Part shown: piece by piece, positions 11,001 through 21,186 of the stretch
How positions within the stretch are numbered: the first letter of the stretch is position 1
Layout: each line of letters opens with the position of its first letter
Assembly (NCBI GenBank): GCA_000934665.2
Contig: KZ538633.1
Coordinates: 1 to 57,349 of the forward strand
Direction of reading: 5' to 3'
DNA length: 57,349 bases
Origin: Catajapyx aquilonaris
Lineage: Eukaryota
Notes under the pieces: generated by a model
The model's input: the letters and a program-made list of their open reading frames with translations, nothing else
Databases searched by the model: none
What the model was told of the DNA's origin: nothing
Translations under genes and position numbers: made by a program

Positions 11001-12130
11001 TCGTCCTGGCCTTACCGTTCGTCTCTCAAAAAAACTGCTTATACCCTCGGAATCTGAATTTTTAGTCCGATTTTTAAAGCCCAACTTGTATTTTGAGTGG
11101 AGTGTCCCTTTAAGAGGGTCAGAAATGACTACTTAAGAACGCCCTCCCTTGGGAACTCCCCCCCCCCCCCCCCNCCCCAAGAGGGCCCCTGGCCCTATCA
11201 CAGGATATTACAAACAAAGAAACAAACAAAGTCACTGGAGGCCAGGCCAGGGGAGTACGGTGGGTGTGGGCGAAGCACAGTGGCGTCGCTAGTGTTGTTG
11301 TCACCCGGTGTGGCAACTCGTGGTGTCATCCACACCCCTCCACACCCCTGGCCCAAGGGCCAGGACCCTCTCCCGTGCCCGACCGTACAGAATACTAGGT
11401 TTTTTTAAAGTACTAATGAAGCTCTCATGTATATCATTGATTGCCATGTGAATAGTTGTCATGAAAAGAACCAAATTTAAAAGTGTACACCTTTAAATTA
11501 TTTCCGTAGTTTCCTGTGTTTAAGTGAAAATTCTCGATAAACAATAACATAATTTGGTGCAAATAAATAAATAAATATAAAATTAGGAAATAATTTTTTT
11601 ACAATCACTTGGGTGTCACCCCCTTTGAGGGTGTCACCTGGTGCGGTCCGCACCCCCCGCACCTGCCTAGCGACGCCACTGACGAAGCACTCAAAGCAAG
11701 ATCAAAGAAAAATTTCGTTCGCCGTCGCCATTTTAAGGACATTGTTGACAGTTGCTGACTGAGCAGTTGTGCGGTAGTAGGTGCATTGCACCTCCAAAAA
11801 GTGGTTCCTAGGGGGCCTGGAGAGGTTGCCACATCCATGACTCCTGTGCATTCGGCTCTGGGAGGGTTCTGTCGATAGTGTGTGCCTATTTGCTGACCTG
11901 CATAGTCCCAGTATTTTCGACAAAAAAAAATTGTAAATACTTTTGGTATGGCCCTCGTACAATGATACAGAAGAGAACCTCCACAATGGTCCATAACTTT
12001 CTGCAGCAAAGTCTGTATATCAAAATCAGACAATAATCACCTTCGAGGGAGTACTGTTCCTATTGGCTACAAATAGAACTGATAAGACATTTAACAAATG
12101 GTGGTATTTACCTTGAGAATGATCACCCAT
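1960..12130 (-). CDS. Multi-exon gene, 3'-partial (continues left of window): N-terminal domain + winged-helix-like segment + Pfs/PNP_UDP_1-type nucleoside phosphorylase-like domain
   Basis: GT-AG exons with consistent phases: 12130-12112, 7629-7477, 6063(or 6096)-5869, 5800-5681, 2816-2705, 2648-2525, 2466-2331, 2275-2150, 2089-1960. Spliced protein: MGDHSQEHIVMTPKKK...LEFKVFLVN...LRFWFK...DYVGFIKKIMKLMQ...LTEEKVLEMIESAYPTPISIDDIAR...LNELAQKGLIKVMDNGTYTR...IAVITAQYCEKMAVDSM...NVYTLGNIGSHRVVCTKLP...VFLVGVGGGVPHY...VRLGDVVISAP. The last motifs match the PNP/Pfs fold. Confidence 0.88.
2150..2275 (-). CDS. PNP-like gene exon (GESNVYTLGNIGSHRVVCTKLPTVGHTREAMIAAGNTTTRLL)
   Basis: tttttccag acceptor, gtagg donor, phase 1-1. 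Confidence 0.9.
2331..2466 (-). CDS. PNP-like gene exon (IVKQMPKIVRAKQPSIAVITAQYCEKMAVDSMIENKETFFRYTTV)
   Basis: ctttcag acceptor, gtatgt donor, phase 0-1. Confidence 0.9.
2525..2648 (-). CDS. PNP-like gene exon, winged-helix part (QTQSSQEDIDEHLNELAQKGLIKVMDNGTYTRIVQNETELQ)
   Basis: ctctttag acceptor, gtatga donor, phase 2-0; LxxLxxxGLI wHTH-like pattern. Confidence 0.85.
2705..2816 (-). CDS. PNP-like gene exon (SMDESILSGKLILTEEKVLEMIESAYPTPISIDDIA)
   Basis: ttacag acceptor, gtatgt donor, phase 1-2. Confidence 0.85.
3079..3740. mobile_element. TA-flanked hairpin MITE, interrupted by a further insertion at about 3098-3496
   Basis: TA|CAAGGTGTAT...ATACACCCTG|TA; arms 3501-3610/3617-3727; related to 9521-9759. 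Confidence 0.65.
3919..4658. mobile_element. Kolobok-like non-autonomous element
   Basis: TTAA|AGGGACACTCCA...TGGAGTGTCCCT|TTAA. Confidence 0.8.
5681..5800 (-). CDS. PNP-like gene exon (DYVGFIKKIMKLMQHRYPYLETVEVELKQLKEGEAPADRP)
   Basis: tttcag acceptor, gtaagt donor, phase 1-1. Confidence 0.85.
5869..6063 (-). CDS. PNP-like gene exon (GDKEEVPPHLSLEFKVFLVN...QDFFKELVSPQEFPR); alternative in-frame acceptor extends it to 6096
   Basis: tttgcag acceptor at 6064-6065 or aacag at 6097-6098, gtaac donor, open frame. Confidence 0.8.
6472..6854. mobile_element. Diverged hairpin MITE
   Basis: About 95-bp imperfect inverted arms (6472-6567 / 6760-6854). Confidence 0.6.
6934..7379. mobile_element. hAT-like MITE with 6-bp TSD, containing an inner CACTCTAAG-terminus MITE (7042-7242)
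   Basis: CTATTG|CAGGGGTTGAA...TTCAACCCCTG|CTATTG; TGCACTCCA subterminal repeats. Confidence 0.7.
7477..7629 (-). CDS. PNP-like gene exon (EHIVMTPKKKSAGSTTILMERRKMQVPADSSNLHVAGGDHAGIVINKEVAN)
   Basis: cttttccag acceptor, gtaagg donor, 153 nt, phase 1-1, open and in frame with both neighbours. Confidence 0.65.
7919..8354. mobile_element. hAT-like non-autonomous element
   Basis: CAGGGCTATTCAA / TTGAATAGCCCTG TIRs; no clear TSD; contains N-run 8245-8265. Confidence 0.6.
9521..9759. mobile_element. Tc1/mariner-type hairpin MITE
   Basis: CAGTGTGTTCCAAGCATC / GATGCTTGGAACAGACTG|TA, about 80-bp arms. Confidence 0.7.
10167..10260 (+). mobile_element. tRNA-derived SINE head fragment
   Basis: A-box-like TGCCTAGTGG and B-box GGTTCAAATCC at tRNA spacing; no intact cloverleaf. 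Confidence 0.55.
10288..10547. mobile_element. Small MITE
   Basis: About 38-bp TIR TGCAATTGAAGAGTCCAGGG... Confidence 0.65.
10594..11109. mobile_element. Kolobok-like non-autonomous element (same TIR family as 3919-4658)
   Basis: TTAA|AGGAACACTCCACTCAAAA...TGGAGTGTCCCT|TTAA. Confidence 0.8.
11278..11681. mobile_element. hAT-type non-autonomous element
   Basis: CAGTGGCGTCGCTAG TIRs; 8-bp TSD GCGAAGCA/ACGAAGCA. Confidence 0.8.
12112..12130 (-). CDS. Probable initiation exon (MGDHSQ); whole exon 12226-12112 is mostly 5' UTR
   Basis: Strong polypyrimidine acceptor tttctctttttcag, AAG|gtaaat donor, ATG in good context (ATCATGG), phase 1 matches the next exon. Confidence 0.55.
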
Positions 12131-12634
12131 GATTGCAACAAATGTGTAGATCAACGTTTTTCCAAGTAGAATTTATTTGTGCCTTCGTTGTGGAAGATTG
12201 AGCAACTGAGGTTACATTCAATTTCGCTGAAAAAGAGAAAAATTCAATTCAATTATAGTAGAAGGAAATTACACTGTAATTTAAGAAAGTAAAGTGGTAA
12301 TGGTCATATTCTAAAGCAGTTGGTGCTTCATGTACTTGTTCATGTCCATGTTCATTTGTGTACTGCCACCTCTTTATGGCCACTATGCACTTGTCAGCTT
12401 CTCAGTCAAGTGTGACATTTTCTATTGATGTAACATTAGATATCACCATTTCACCATCATCATGGTGTAGAAGAAATATGTATATAGATGAGTCCGGATG
12501 AGTCAATATGTTATGCAAAAATTTCCCAAGCAGAACATGATTCCATTATGCAGTACAGGTACTCCTCATTTGGTTCCAGCAACATGTGGCGTAAAGTGAT
12601 TTGGCGTAAACGGATAAAAATTATAATGTAGGTA

Positions 12635-13248
12635 CAGTAAAACTTCTATAAGTCGAACTTCCCTAAGTCGAACTTCCCTAAGTCGAAGTTCTCAATAAGT
12701 AGAAGAAAATGATGAGCTCGGTTGGTCACAATGTAAAATAATAGGAAATAAACTTCCCTAACTCAAATTTCTATAACTCGAAGTTCTCCATAACTCGAAG
12801 TTCTGGCAGGGCCTTACGATGGGATATCAATGCATTTTCAGTCTCCCTAAGTCGATGTCCATGTTGGCGAGTACGGAAAATTTTCTCATTTCCCAGCCGA
12901 AGGGTCAAGAGCAGGTCACATGTACAGAAAGGCTCAATTTCCTGACCTCCGTCTACCAGACGTACCGAAAGAAGTGTTTGACTCGATTGTGACAATTGAA
13001 TCCTTGAATCTAAGAGTAGGCAAATGTCCATCACAGAGTTTTTTTTACACCAAAACAACGAGGAACATTGTAAATGTGATAGTGACAGTTATTTTTAAGT
13101 TTTGAACACCTTTCGTCGCAGGATATAAAGGTAGTCTTCCTTATAGAGGTCTGTGCTTAAAAAATGCCAAACTTCTCTAACTCGAATCTTCTATAACTCG
13201 AAGTTTTTTCCCGGTCCCATGGAGATTCGACTTACAGAAGTTTTACTG
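12635..13248. mobile_element. pogo/Tigger-type MITE
   Basis: TA|CAGTAAAACTTCT...AGAAGTTTTACTG|TA; many TAA(G/C)TCGAA subterminal repeats. Confidence 0.85.
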
Positions 13249-13478
13249 TAAATTAGATAGGTTCCAAAATTTTCCCACAGACAATACTAATATAGCTGCT
13301 TTTAATGCGGAGTATTTGAAACATTTCATACACATGTTTAATGGGAGGTTCCATGTTGAGGGTCATCAGGTTCTGAGGGTTCCTTTCCCTTCTTTGACAA
13401 CTGCAGTACACGTAGTTCATTGTAACAACGAGTACAGTGCTTAGGAGAGTGCAGAAATCAACAATACAGTACTCTATA

Positions 13479-13911
13479 CAGGGTGAAGGGAAACTCGTGG
13501 ACAATTGCCAGGTAGACTGAGAGTACTCATAAAACTAATATAGGGATGTGCAATTAGTTTTTGGCTCCATTGCATAGTTAATGCATACAGCGCCTTTTAA
13601 GTGTAGAGGGCTGGATGCTAAAATATTAGGTAAAAAGGACGAAGTGCACGGGTGTCGTACCCGGATTCTTACTCTGATGGGATTTGATCGCCTATTGCAC
13701 ATGGATGATGCATTAGGGGACCAAGGTCGGATTATTCTGAGTCCCTCGAGCTGGCTTTTGCTTCTTTGAAACTAGCGGAGCGGATGTGACATCACATGCA
13801 GTATGCATTAACTATGCAACGGCCCCCAAAACTAATTGCACACCCCTATATTAGTTAATTATGAGTACTATCAGTCTACCTGGTGATTGTCCACGAGTTT
13901 CCCTTCACCCT
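13479..13911. mobile_element. Tc1/mariner-type MITE
   Basis: TA|CAGGGTGAAGGGAAACTCGTGG, about 110-bp inverted arms. Confidence 0.8.
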
Positions 13912-14005
13912 ACCTCAATGCACCACGAAAAATAAAAGAAGTGGCTATACTGTAGTGTGTTTGGACTCCGAAGTGCTGCAGTGATGTGTATGTGTTGATC
14001 GCTTT

Positions 14006-14376
14006 TTATTTTTTTATTTTATTAAAAAATAAATAAAGGTAATACCCCTTGCCACCCCTTACGGGGTATTCAGGGAGAGCCATTGCTCCTATACGCCATC
14101 GATTAAAGTCCGATAGAAACTTAGGCCATGTTAGAAGCTCCCGGGCCTACAGGCAGGGGGACTGGGAGGGGATGTGCAAGGTGCAGTGCATCAACTAGTA
14201 AGGTCATTTTGTGAGCTCCCCTGGGTGGCTTAGTCTGTTGGAAATACCACCCGAAATGAAGCCAGACAACCCGAGAACTCTGCACGAGATGAAGGGGATA
14301 TCCCCGGGTTGGGTTCGAACCCGGGACCGTAACATCCGTGGGTGCATACGTTACCGCAGCGCCACTCCGCCTCCCC
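14006..14376 (-). mobile_element. tRNA-derived SINE
   Basis: Head GGGGAGGCGGAGTGGCGC...GGTTCGAACCC; A-rich tail; degenerate TSD TGT(T/C)GATCG. Confidence 0.7.
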
Positions 14377-15323
14377 TGTCGATCGTTTTGTTATTTTAAA
14401 TATATTTTTTTAAATTTCCCAAGTAAAAATATGTTGAAATGTAATTCTGAAACCGATGTTCATGTGAAAAGGCGTAAAATGAGGAGTACCTATATGTTCC
14501 AATTATTGTCCTTAGTGGGCTGCAATTTTTGGAATGAAGATGCTTATTATTAAGCAGTTACTTTGGAACAGCTACTCTTACAGGTTCTTTTAAATATTCT
14601 CTGCTAATATCAGGGTGAATTGATGTGCATCATTTAAACTACTGCCAGGCTATGCTTTGAAAAATGAGTCCAACAATTGATCTCAAATGCCAATGGGGAA
14701 AGAAGGATTACTCACAATTTTTTAATCCTAGAAATTCATCAGACTGAATGTGTGCATTCAACCTAATACTAGCAGATAATCTTTTTGTTGAGCAGTACAA
14801 ATAACAGTTCAAAACTAACTGCTTAATAAGAGGCAACTCACACCCAAAAAATCACTAACAATTACAAATATTTCAACCAGAAGGCTGACAGAGAAATACA
14901 TTGAAAATCATGTACTGGAACCAAACAAAGCTTCCATAACATTTGGTCAAGTTTCCACTTGAGCCAGGGTCTGTCACAAGCAGGTTTCACTGCATTTAAT
15001 TTCCACGAAAGTAAACTTATCATAATGGCAATTATTATAAATGACAACATTACCATGCCAGAGGCAAATAACATCCTAATCACAAGTTTCCTCATACAGG
15101 TTTAACCATACAACACAAATACAACCTAATCTTTCCCTTTGTTACAAAATCTGACCACGGCTGGTAGTGCAGGCATTATTAAGCTCACATGACATCACGG
15201 TGATATCATTATGAGATGTTTATTATTGCAAGCCTTGAGGGTTGGTATTTCTTCCCTCCTCCCTTCCTACCCCCAAGCGATGCCAGGGGATATAGTCATT
15301 TGGATAATCAACATATCATTTAA

Positions 15324-15603
15324 CCCTGGAACCGTGAAGTGGGGTCTTTTAGGACCCCAAAGGAATTAAAATGCATTAAAATGATAATTACAATGAACTT
15401 TTGCCATATAAAAAAAGTATATAACACGAAGTGGATGTTTATTTTGAATGATCGATCATTTTAGGCATAGTTCAAAGAATTGCATATAGTCAAGACATTG
15501 AAAAGGATTATATAAAAATTAATAAACATGAAAATATGGATGGGGTCCTAAACGACCCCACATCATGGTTGCCGTAACTTTCAGGCACGTCACGGTTCCA
15601 GGG
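15324..15603. mobile_element. piggyBac-type MITE
   Basis: TTAA|CCCTGGAACCGTGA...TCACGGTTCCAGGG|TTAA. Confidence 0.85.
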
Positions 15604-16977
15604 TTAAAGAGTGAGAACAACTGAGTGGGAGGGAAAAAAAGTCAGTGAACTATGAGGATGACAAGGATATCATCGATGCTTGTAGGAGGAGCACGTTCCA
15701 ATTGAAATGTCTCAAGTGGTTGGAAAGAATTATTTGACACTGAGATATTAAGTAGTATTTGTTGAACCATTACTTTTAGGAGTTGTAAAATATGTATGAT
15801 GTTGATATTAGGTTGAGTAGAAGTGCCCCTACAGACCCTGAATTGTGCTTAATTTCCAAGCTTAAGACATTGCCATGACCCATTTTGACCCACTAGCATT
15901 GAACTCATTTTTTCAGGCTAAGCCCTCCTGCAATGGTTAAAAAGGATACACTCATTCAACCTACTAGAAGTAGCCAATACAGTGAAACCTGCATATATTA
16001 GACCCTGGACATAGGGAAGACTTGTCTATCATTGCAGAAAAATGTTGCTGTCCCTGAAGCATGATAGGAGTTCCCTTGTAGTTTTGTCCCACACAGAGGA
16101 ACCCATGTAACATGGAAATGGAGAGCATTTTTAGATCCCTCAATTCGGAAAACCCTCTGTACAGCAGAATTACGATTCCACTAAAGGCTGTTTCACAAAT
16201 AAGGTGACATTCTGTGCTGCATTAACATTATATGTGCCCCACAAAATCCTCCTGGGCTGTTTGAAATCTTTTGCATGGCACTTCTGTCTGTATTAAGACT
16301 ACTTGGACAACCAAAAAAAACTCAAGTTAGGCCCCGAACGACATGATAAGGCACGTCAAATCAGTTTTTTCTGAGTTTACCAAGATAGTAGAAACTTGTC
16401 TGCTACATACCACTTATGCGGAATGCAGTGATTGTGCTACGTACCTGACCTATCCATTCCATTATTTCAGTAAGTAAACAATTCATATGTAAATCAATGG
16501 ATATACTTTTTATGAACATATTTGTTTAGAATTATTTTTTCTCCGGGTTATAACTGCTGAATTCTACTGCTCATTATAGATAACATATCACTGTGTTGGA
16601 GTTATCTACTGCTTCACCATTTCTATCTAACCTGCCTGACAACTAAGGTAATAAGTACCTTCGTCCTTCTTTGAGTAAAAACTGATGGTCAGCCCTTCAA
16701 AAACCTATTTCACAGAGAAAATCTGGAACCTTAGACAGGATGAGACACTGGCACATTGCAGATTCCAACACAACTAGCTTGAAAACATGTTGACAAATTC
16801 TGCCTGTGAGAGAGCACAAAAACATACAATTTTGCAGCCGATAAAAAAGAACATATTAACTACAGCCTAAATATGCTCCATTCCAACACCCTCCGCTTAT
16901 GTCAACACTTCCTGTCAACACAAACAGTTTTCCTGAGTCACGTCATGCATGTCAGTCACGATTTCTGCACTGTACTC

Positions 16978-17850
16978 ACCCTCTGTCTTGACACCAAAGA
17001 CTGGGGTAAAGATTGGTTCAAAGCGTCCTGCTGAATCTCTGCGGCCTACAACTCATATCTACCTCCTACAGCCTTTAGTTATAGATATATGCAGACTGCA
17101 CAGGCTATGTCTAGTCACCGCCAGCCTGTGAGTGACACTACGAATCTGGGTCACTGCCAGGGAGGAAGAAGCGAAAGATCTCTAATCGCTCTGGCGAAAT
17201 TAGAGCACTTTTTTGCAATGTCTCTCCCGTATTTCCGGCTTTTAGAGCATCCTGGCGGAGAGAAGATTCAAGCACTCAGGTCAAGACAATTGACGTTGAT
17301 CAAGCGCACTCAACCCAACAGAAACTGCGACAATTGCGTGAAAGTTCACTACTCACAGGACGACTCACAGGAATACTGTTTAATTTTAAAAAATCACAGG
17401 GAAATCTACTTACTGGACCTCGACAGTGACTACCCCGAGCCCGAGGACTACCCACACCGGCCCACACGGACTTGCCAAAAGTCACGTGACATCAGCACCC
17501 TCTTCTGTCAAGAAATTGCACTACAGCGTGCACTACAGCGCACATGACAGCGCACTATACTCAGTATACTGACTACAGCTAGTACAGCATCGTCAGTAAG
17601 GGCAGCTTGACCAAGACCACACAGCTAAGGTTCAACCCGTGTTCAACCCGTGCCAGCGGGTAGATCTGTTGAGTCCTTGATTGTTGTGCCATGGCCAGAT
17701 TGGGCAATATTCGCTAAATCACTTTTCACTGCTTTTGGATGTAATGCAACTGACGGAGGAGCACCGGGATGGTGGAGTATGTATGTGGGTATTACAACTT
17801 GCAACTGGGTCTCAATAATTGGTTATTGGTTTTCAGTTAAGGTATGTTTT
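16978..17850. promoter_or_regulatory. Putative divergent promoter region between the two head-to-head genes
   Basis: TE-poor, CpG-richer stretch; minus-strand donor AGG|gtgagt at 16980; plus-strand donor-like sites near 17777 and 17842; perfect GTCACGTGAC E-box at 17481-17490; short CACTACAGCG repeats 17520-17555. Confidence 0.45.
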
Positions 17851-18193
17851 CACTCATACGATTGCCAAAGATGCACGCGTTTTGCAAGCGAATGTCTAGT
17901 ATGTCTTGCAGTCATAATCCTGAGATGTGCTGGAAAGGTGGCAGTTCAGTGGGGGAAAACCAAAGGAAATGGTCTTTAAGATGACCTTACTTCAATAACC
18001 ATCATTTCTGAATCTGGCATAACCACTAGACCACCATGCCACCCGCGAAAATAATATTTGGGGTCGCAAGGGAGGGCAACAAATTATTATTTTCACAAAA
18101 TGATGCTATCTTTCTTGAAAATCAAGACCATGAGGTAAGGTCATTCCACTATTTACCTGTCTTTTCATGTTGGCGGGTCGAAATGTGCACATA

Positions 18194-18492
18194 CAGGGTG
18201 TTTCAGAGTCACGGGTCAAGTGCGTGCGAGGGGGTGGGGAAAAATTATAAGTGGCGACAACCCCGGTCGGTTTTATAAAACAATTAGAAATACGGGAGTA
18301 ATCAATTATTTTATTATGGTGTGACGTCACATCCTTTCTGTATGAATTGACTGGCGTGGACTAGCAAGTCCAGTGGGTTGAACCTGGTTGAACGGCTTTT
18401 TAGCCTTGTGGGTTGCACTGATAAAGGTGCTCTCATGCTATACTGGGAGGGTACTGTACAGTAGTGTGTACAGTACCCTGCTTAACCATGAG
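18194..18492. mobile_element. Half copy of the MITE at 20332-20933
   Basis: TA|CAGGGTGTTTCAGAGTCA, colinear with the left arm of 20332. Confidence 0.8.
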
Positions 18493-18519
18493 ATTTAAAT
18501 TAATGCATAAAATAGGTTA

Positions 18520-19008
18520 CAAGAAGTACCCATTTTACGCCGCTTCATTGTACGCCGTTTCAAATGTACTTTTGCAAATGTTTTTAATCTGAAAATTTTG
18601 AAAATAACAACACAATACAGTATAAGCAAAAACACATCACTGCAACACTTGTGTGTCCAAATAAACATAGTATAAACAAGTATACGTGCTTCTATTGTTT
18701 TTTGTGGTGCTTGTGGCAGGGCCTATAAATACAATCGAATATACAGTACTGTATTGTTGCTGTCTGCGCTCCCCAAACTACTGTACCCACCCTCAGAACT
18801 TGATGACCATCAACCTGGAACTTCCCATTAAGTGTGTGTAATAAATGTAATATTCAGCATTAAAAACAGCAATATCCATCCTGTTTGTGGAAATTTTTTG
18901 GAACCAATCTCATTTACTTGAATTATAATTTTGTCTCGTTTTACGCCTATTCACTTTATGCCACTATGTTGCTGGAACCAATTAACGGCATAAAACGGGT
19001 ACTTCCTG
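18520..19008. mobile_element. pogo/Tigger-type MITE
   Basis: TA|CAAGAAGTACCC...GGGTACTTCCTG|TA; TTTACGCC repeats; related fragment at about 12555-12612. Confidence 0.7.
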
Positions 19009-19249
19009 TAATTAGTATTTTAATTTTTCTCCCACAATGGAATGAATATTTATGGACATATATTGGATACTTTTGTTTCAGTTCATCTTGTGTAACATTG
19101 AAGGACAGCCTTGCCTATATATTATACCAGGGTACAGAATCACAGCAATGAGCAACCATTTATGAAAAGGGAAGATCAACCAGCATTAAGTAATGTTGAA
19201 AGCAGGTTCATCAGATCCAGAAGGTACAGGTTGGCTGTCTAATATATTT

Positions 19250-19498
19250 GAAGGCATGAATTGCACAAGGGCCCAAGTCCGTCATTTTACGAAAATGGGT
19301 TGAACACATGATAACACTCTAAACGCATGGGCGCATCTGTTATGACCGAGAAAAGGGCCGAAGTCCATATTCCTCGAGCTGTATCGTATAGATTTTTTTC
19401 ATAACGATATCATGAGAGGTAAGGAAACGGGAAGGTTTTTTGCTTCTCCTGAAAAATTTTGCAATTTGGACTTGGGCCCTTGTGCAATTCATGCCTTC
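19250..19498. mobile_element. MITE with 31-bp TIR and ATTT TSD (Sola1-like)
   Basis: ATTT|GAAGGCATGAATTGCACAAGGGCCCAAGTCC...inverse|ATTT. Confidence 0.75.
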
Positions 19499-19662
19499 AT
19501 TTTAATAAGGGTGACAATGTCTGTTGACAAAATAATTTCTATCCAGGATTTAAGGTGCAAATTCCATGTTTTCACAGAATGTTTAGTGTGATGTAATAAC
19601 AATACTGACGGATTTTTTAAAAGAAGTGTTGTAGACACATCTCTTTGTAGAATTATCATGAC

Positions 19663-19672
19663 ATGGTAGAAG
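19663..19672 (+). CDS. Candidate initiation micro-exon of the zinc-finger gene (exon 19651-19672, MVE)
   Basis: ctctttgtag acceptor and AAG|gtaatc donor; ATG GTA GAA G + TG gives MVEVKCPQC in frame. 18036-18134 (phase 0) is a further upstream candidate. Confidence 0.35.
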
Positions 19673-20331
19673 GTAATCATTATTAAGTCATTAATGACAA
19701 AGCGCCCAACTCATAGCACTTTTACCTGCTGCTTCAGTATCCTAGTAATTTAACTTCATAGCATGACGGTGGATTTTAAAGCCCCAACTTACGTGGAAAG
19801 AGTTGCAATAGGATGAAGTAGCAATGCGCCCCTGCATCTAGCCAGTTGCACAATGAATGTATCATTATAGGGAAATACAGTACATATAAGAAGAAGTTGC
19901 AAGTGTGAAGTATTCTGGAAGATGGATCAAGTGAAGATGCATACATTCATCACCTGGATAATGAAATGCAGATTTAAACAGCTTGACTATTGGTAATCTG
20001 GGCCATTGTGAATTTCTTTGGGCTAATCCTTTTCTTTGGCAAGTACACTATAAATGATTGCCCCTGGATTTTAGCCTCCTGAATATGGAATGTTTACATT
20101 TTATTCCACAATTTGCAATGTTTTATATGTATTTATTTCCCAACATAATTAGGCAATTATTGTGTTACTAGTGGGTTGCATTTATAATGGTTGAAGACTT
20201 CATTCTGTTGCATCCTGTACCACACAGCATATTCCTTATGCCTCAAGATATGGACTTTTTAATCACCAGTCACACAGTAGTTTGTTGGGTCATATCTACC
20301 TCTGGTGCTACAGAGTGGAGATAAAATTATA

Positions 20332-20933
20332 CAGGGTGTTTCAGAGTCATGGGTCAAGCGCGCGCGAGGGGGTGGGGAAATATCGTAGGTGGCGACTACC
20401 CGGGGCGGTTTTATAAAGCAATGAGAAATACGTCTGTAATAAATTTATTTATTACGGCCGTACGGCGTGACGTCACATCCTACTTTCTGTTCGAATTGAC
20501 TGGCGCGGACTGGCAAATGCAAGGCAAATGCATTGGGTTGAACCTGGTTGGCGGGTTTTTAGCTTTGCGGGTTGTACTGAAAATGGCGCTCTCATGCTAC
20601 ACCGGCAGGGTACTGAACACACCACTGTACAGTAGTACACTACTTTGTACAGTACCCTACCGGTATAACATGAGAGCGCCTTTTTCAGGGCAACCCGCAA
20701 GGCTAAAAACCCGTCATCCAGGTTCCACCCAATGCATTTGCCTTGCATTTGCCACTCCGCGCTAGTCACTTCGAACAGAAAGTAGGATGTGACGTCACGC
20801 CGTATGGCCGTAATAAATAAATTGATTACTGCCGTATTTCTCATTGTTTTATAAAACCGACCCAGGTAGTCGCCATGTATGATTTTTCCCCACCCCCTCG
20901 CGCGCGCTTGACCCATGACTCTGAAACACCCTG
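20332..20933. mobile_element. Tc1/mariner-type palindromic MITE
   Basis: TA TSD, about 290-bp inverted arms, short spacer. Confidence 0.9.
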
Positions 20934-21186
20934 TATTAGTGGATGATGAACAGTAGTAACACATGTCAGATTTTTTGCCGCTTTGCTGGCATTCTTTATT
21001 AATCAAAGGGTTTGCGGGTGGAATGTTTGCAGTAAGTTGCTTCTGGTTTCAGAGATTGTGTATTCCAACATTTCTGACACACACTCTATTATTTCAATGT
21101 TATTTTGTAGTTGTAACTCTGAAAATGATACCATACTGTAGCACTATAGGAGTATGTAGTATTGGTAGTATAGTGCTGGACATTAA

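Larger units (their letters stand above)
9889..11957. mobile_element. Old mariner-derived element hosting several nested insertions
   Basis: TA|TGAGGG...CCCTCG|TA; diverged about 240-bp arms; minus-strand HPPYSPGLASSDF remnant near 11225-11275. Confidence 0.65.

Noticed and set aside
17089..17547. 152-aa plus-strand ORF
   Set aside because: No domain features; more likely antisense to the 5' UTR/promoter of the minus-strand gene, though not formally excluded.
20349..21006. Mirror-image ORFs of 138 and 177 aa
   Set aside because: Artefact of a palindromic MITE.
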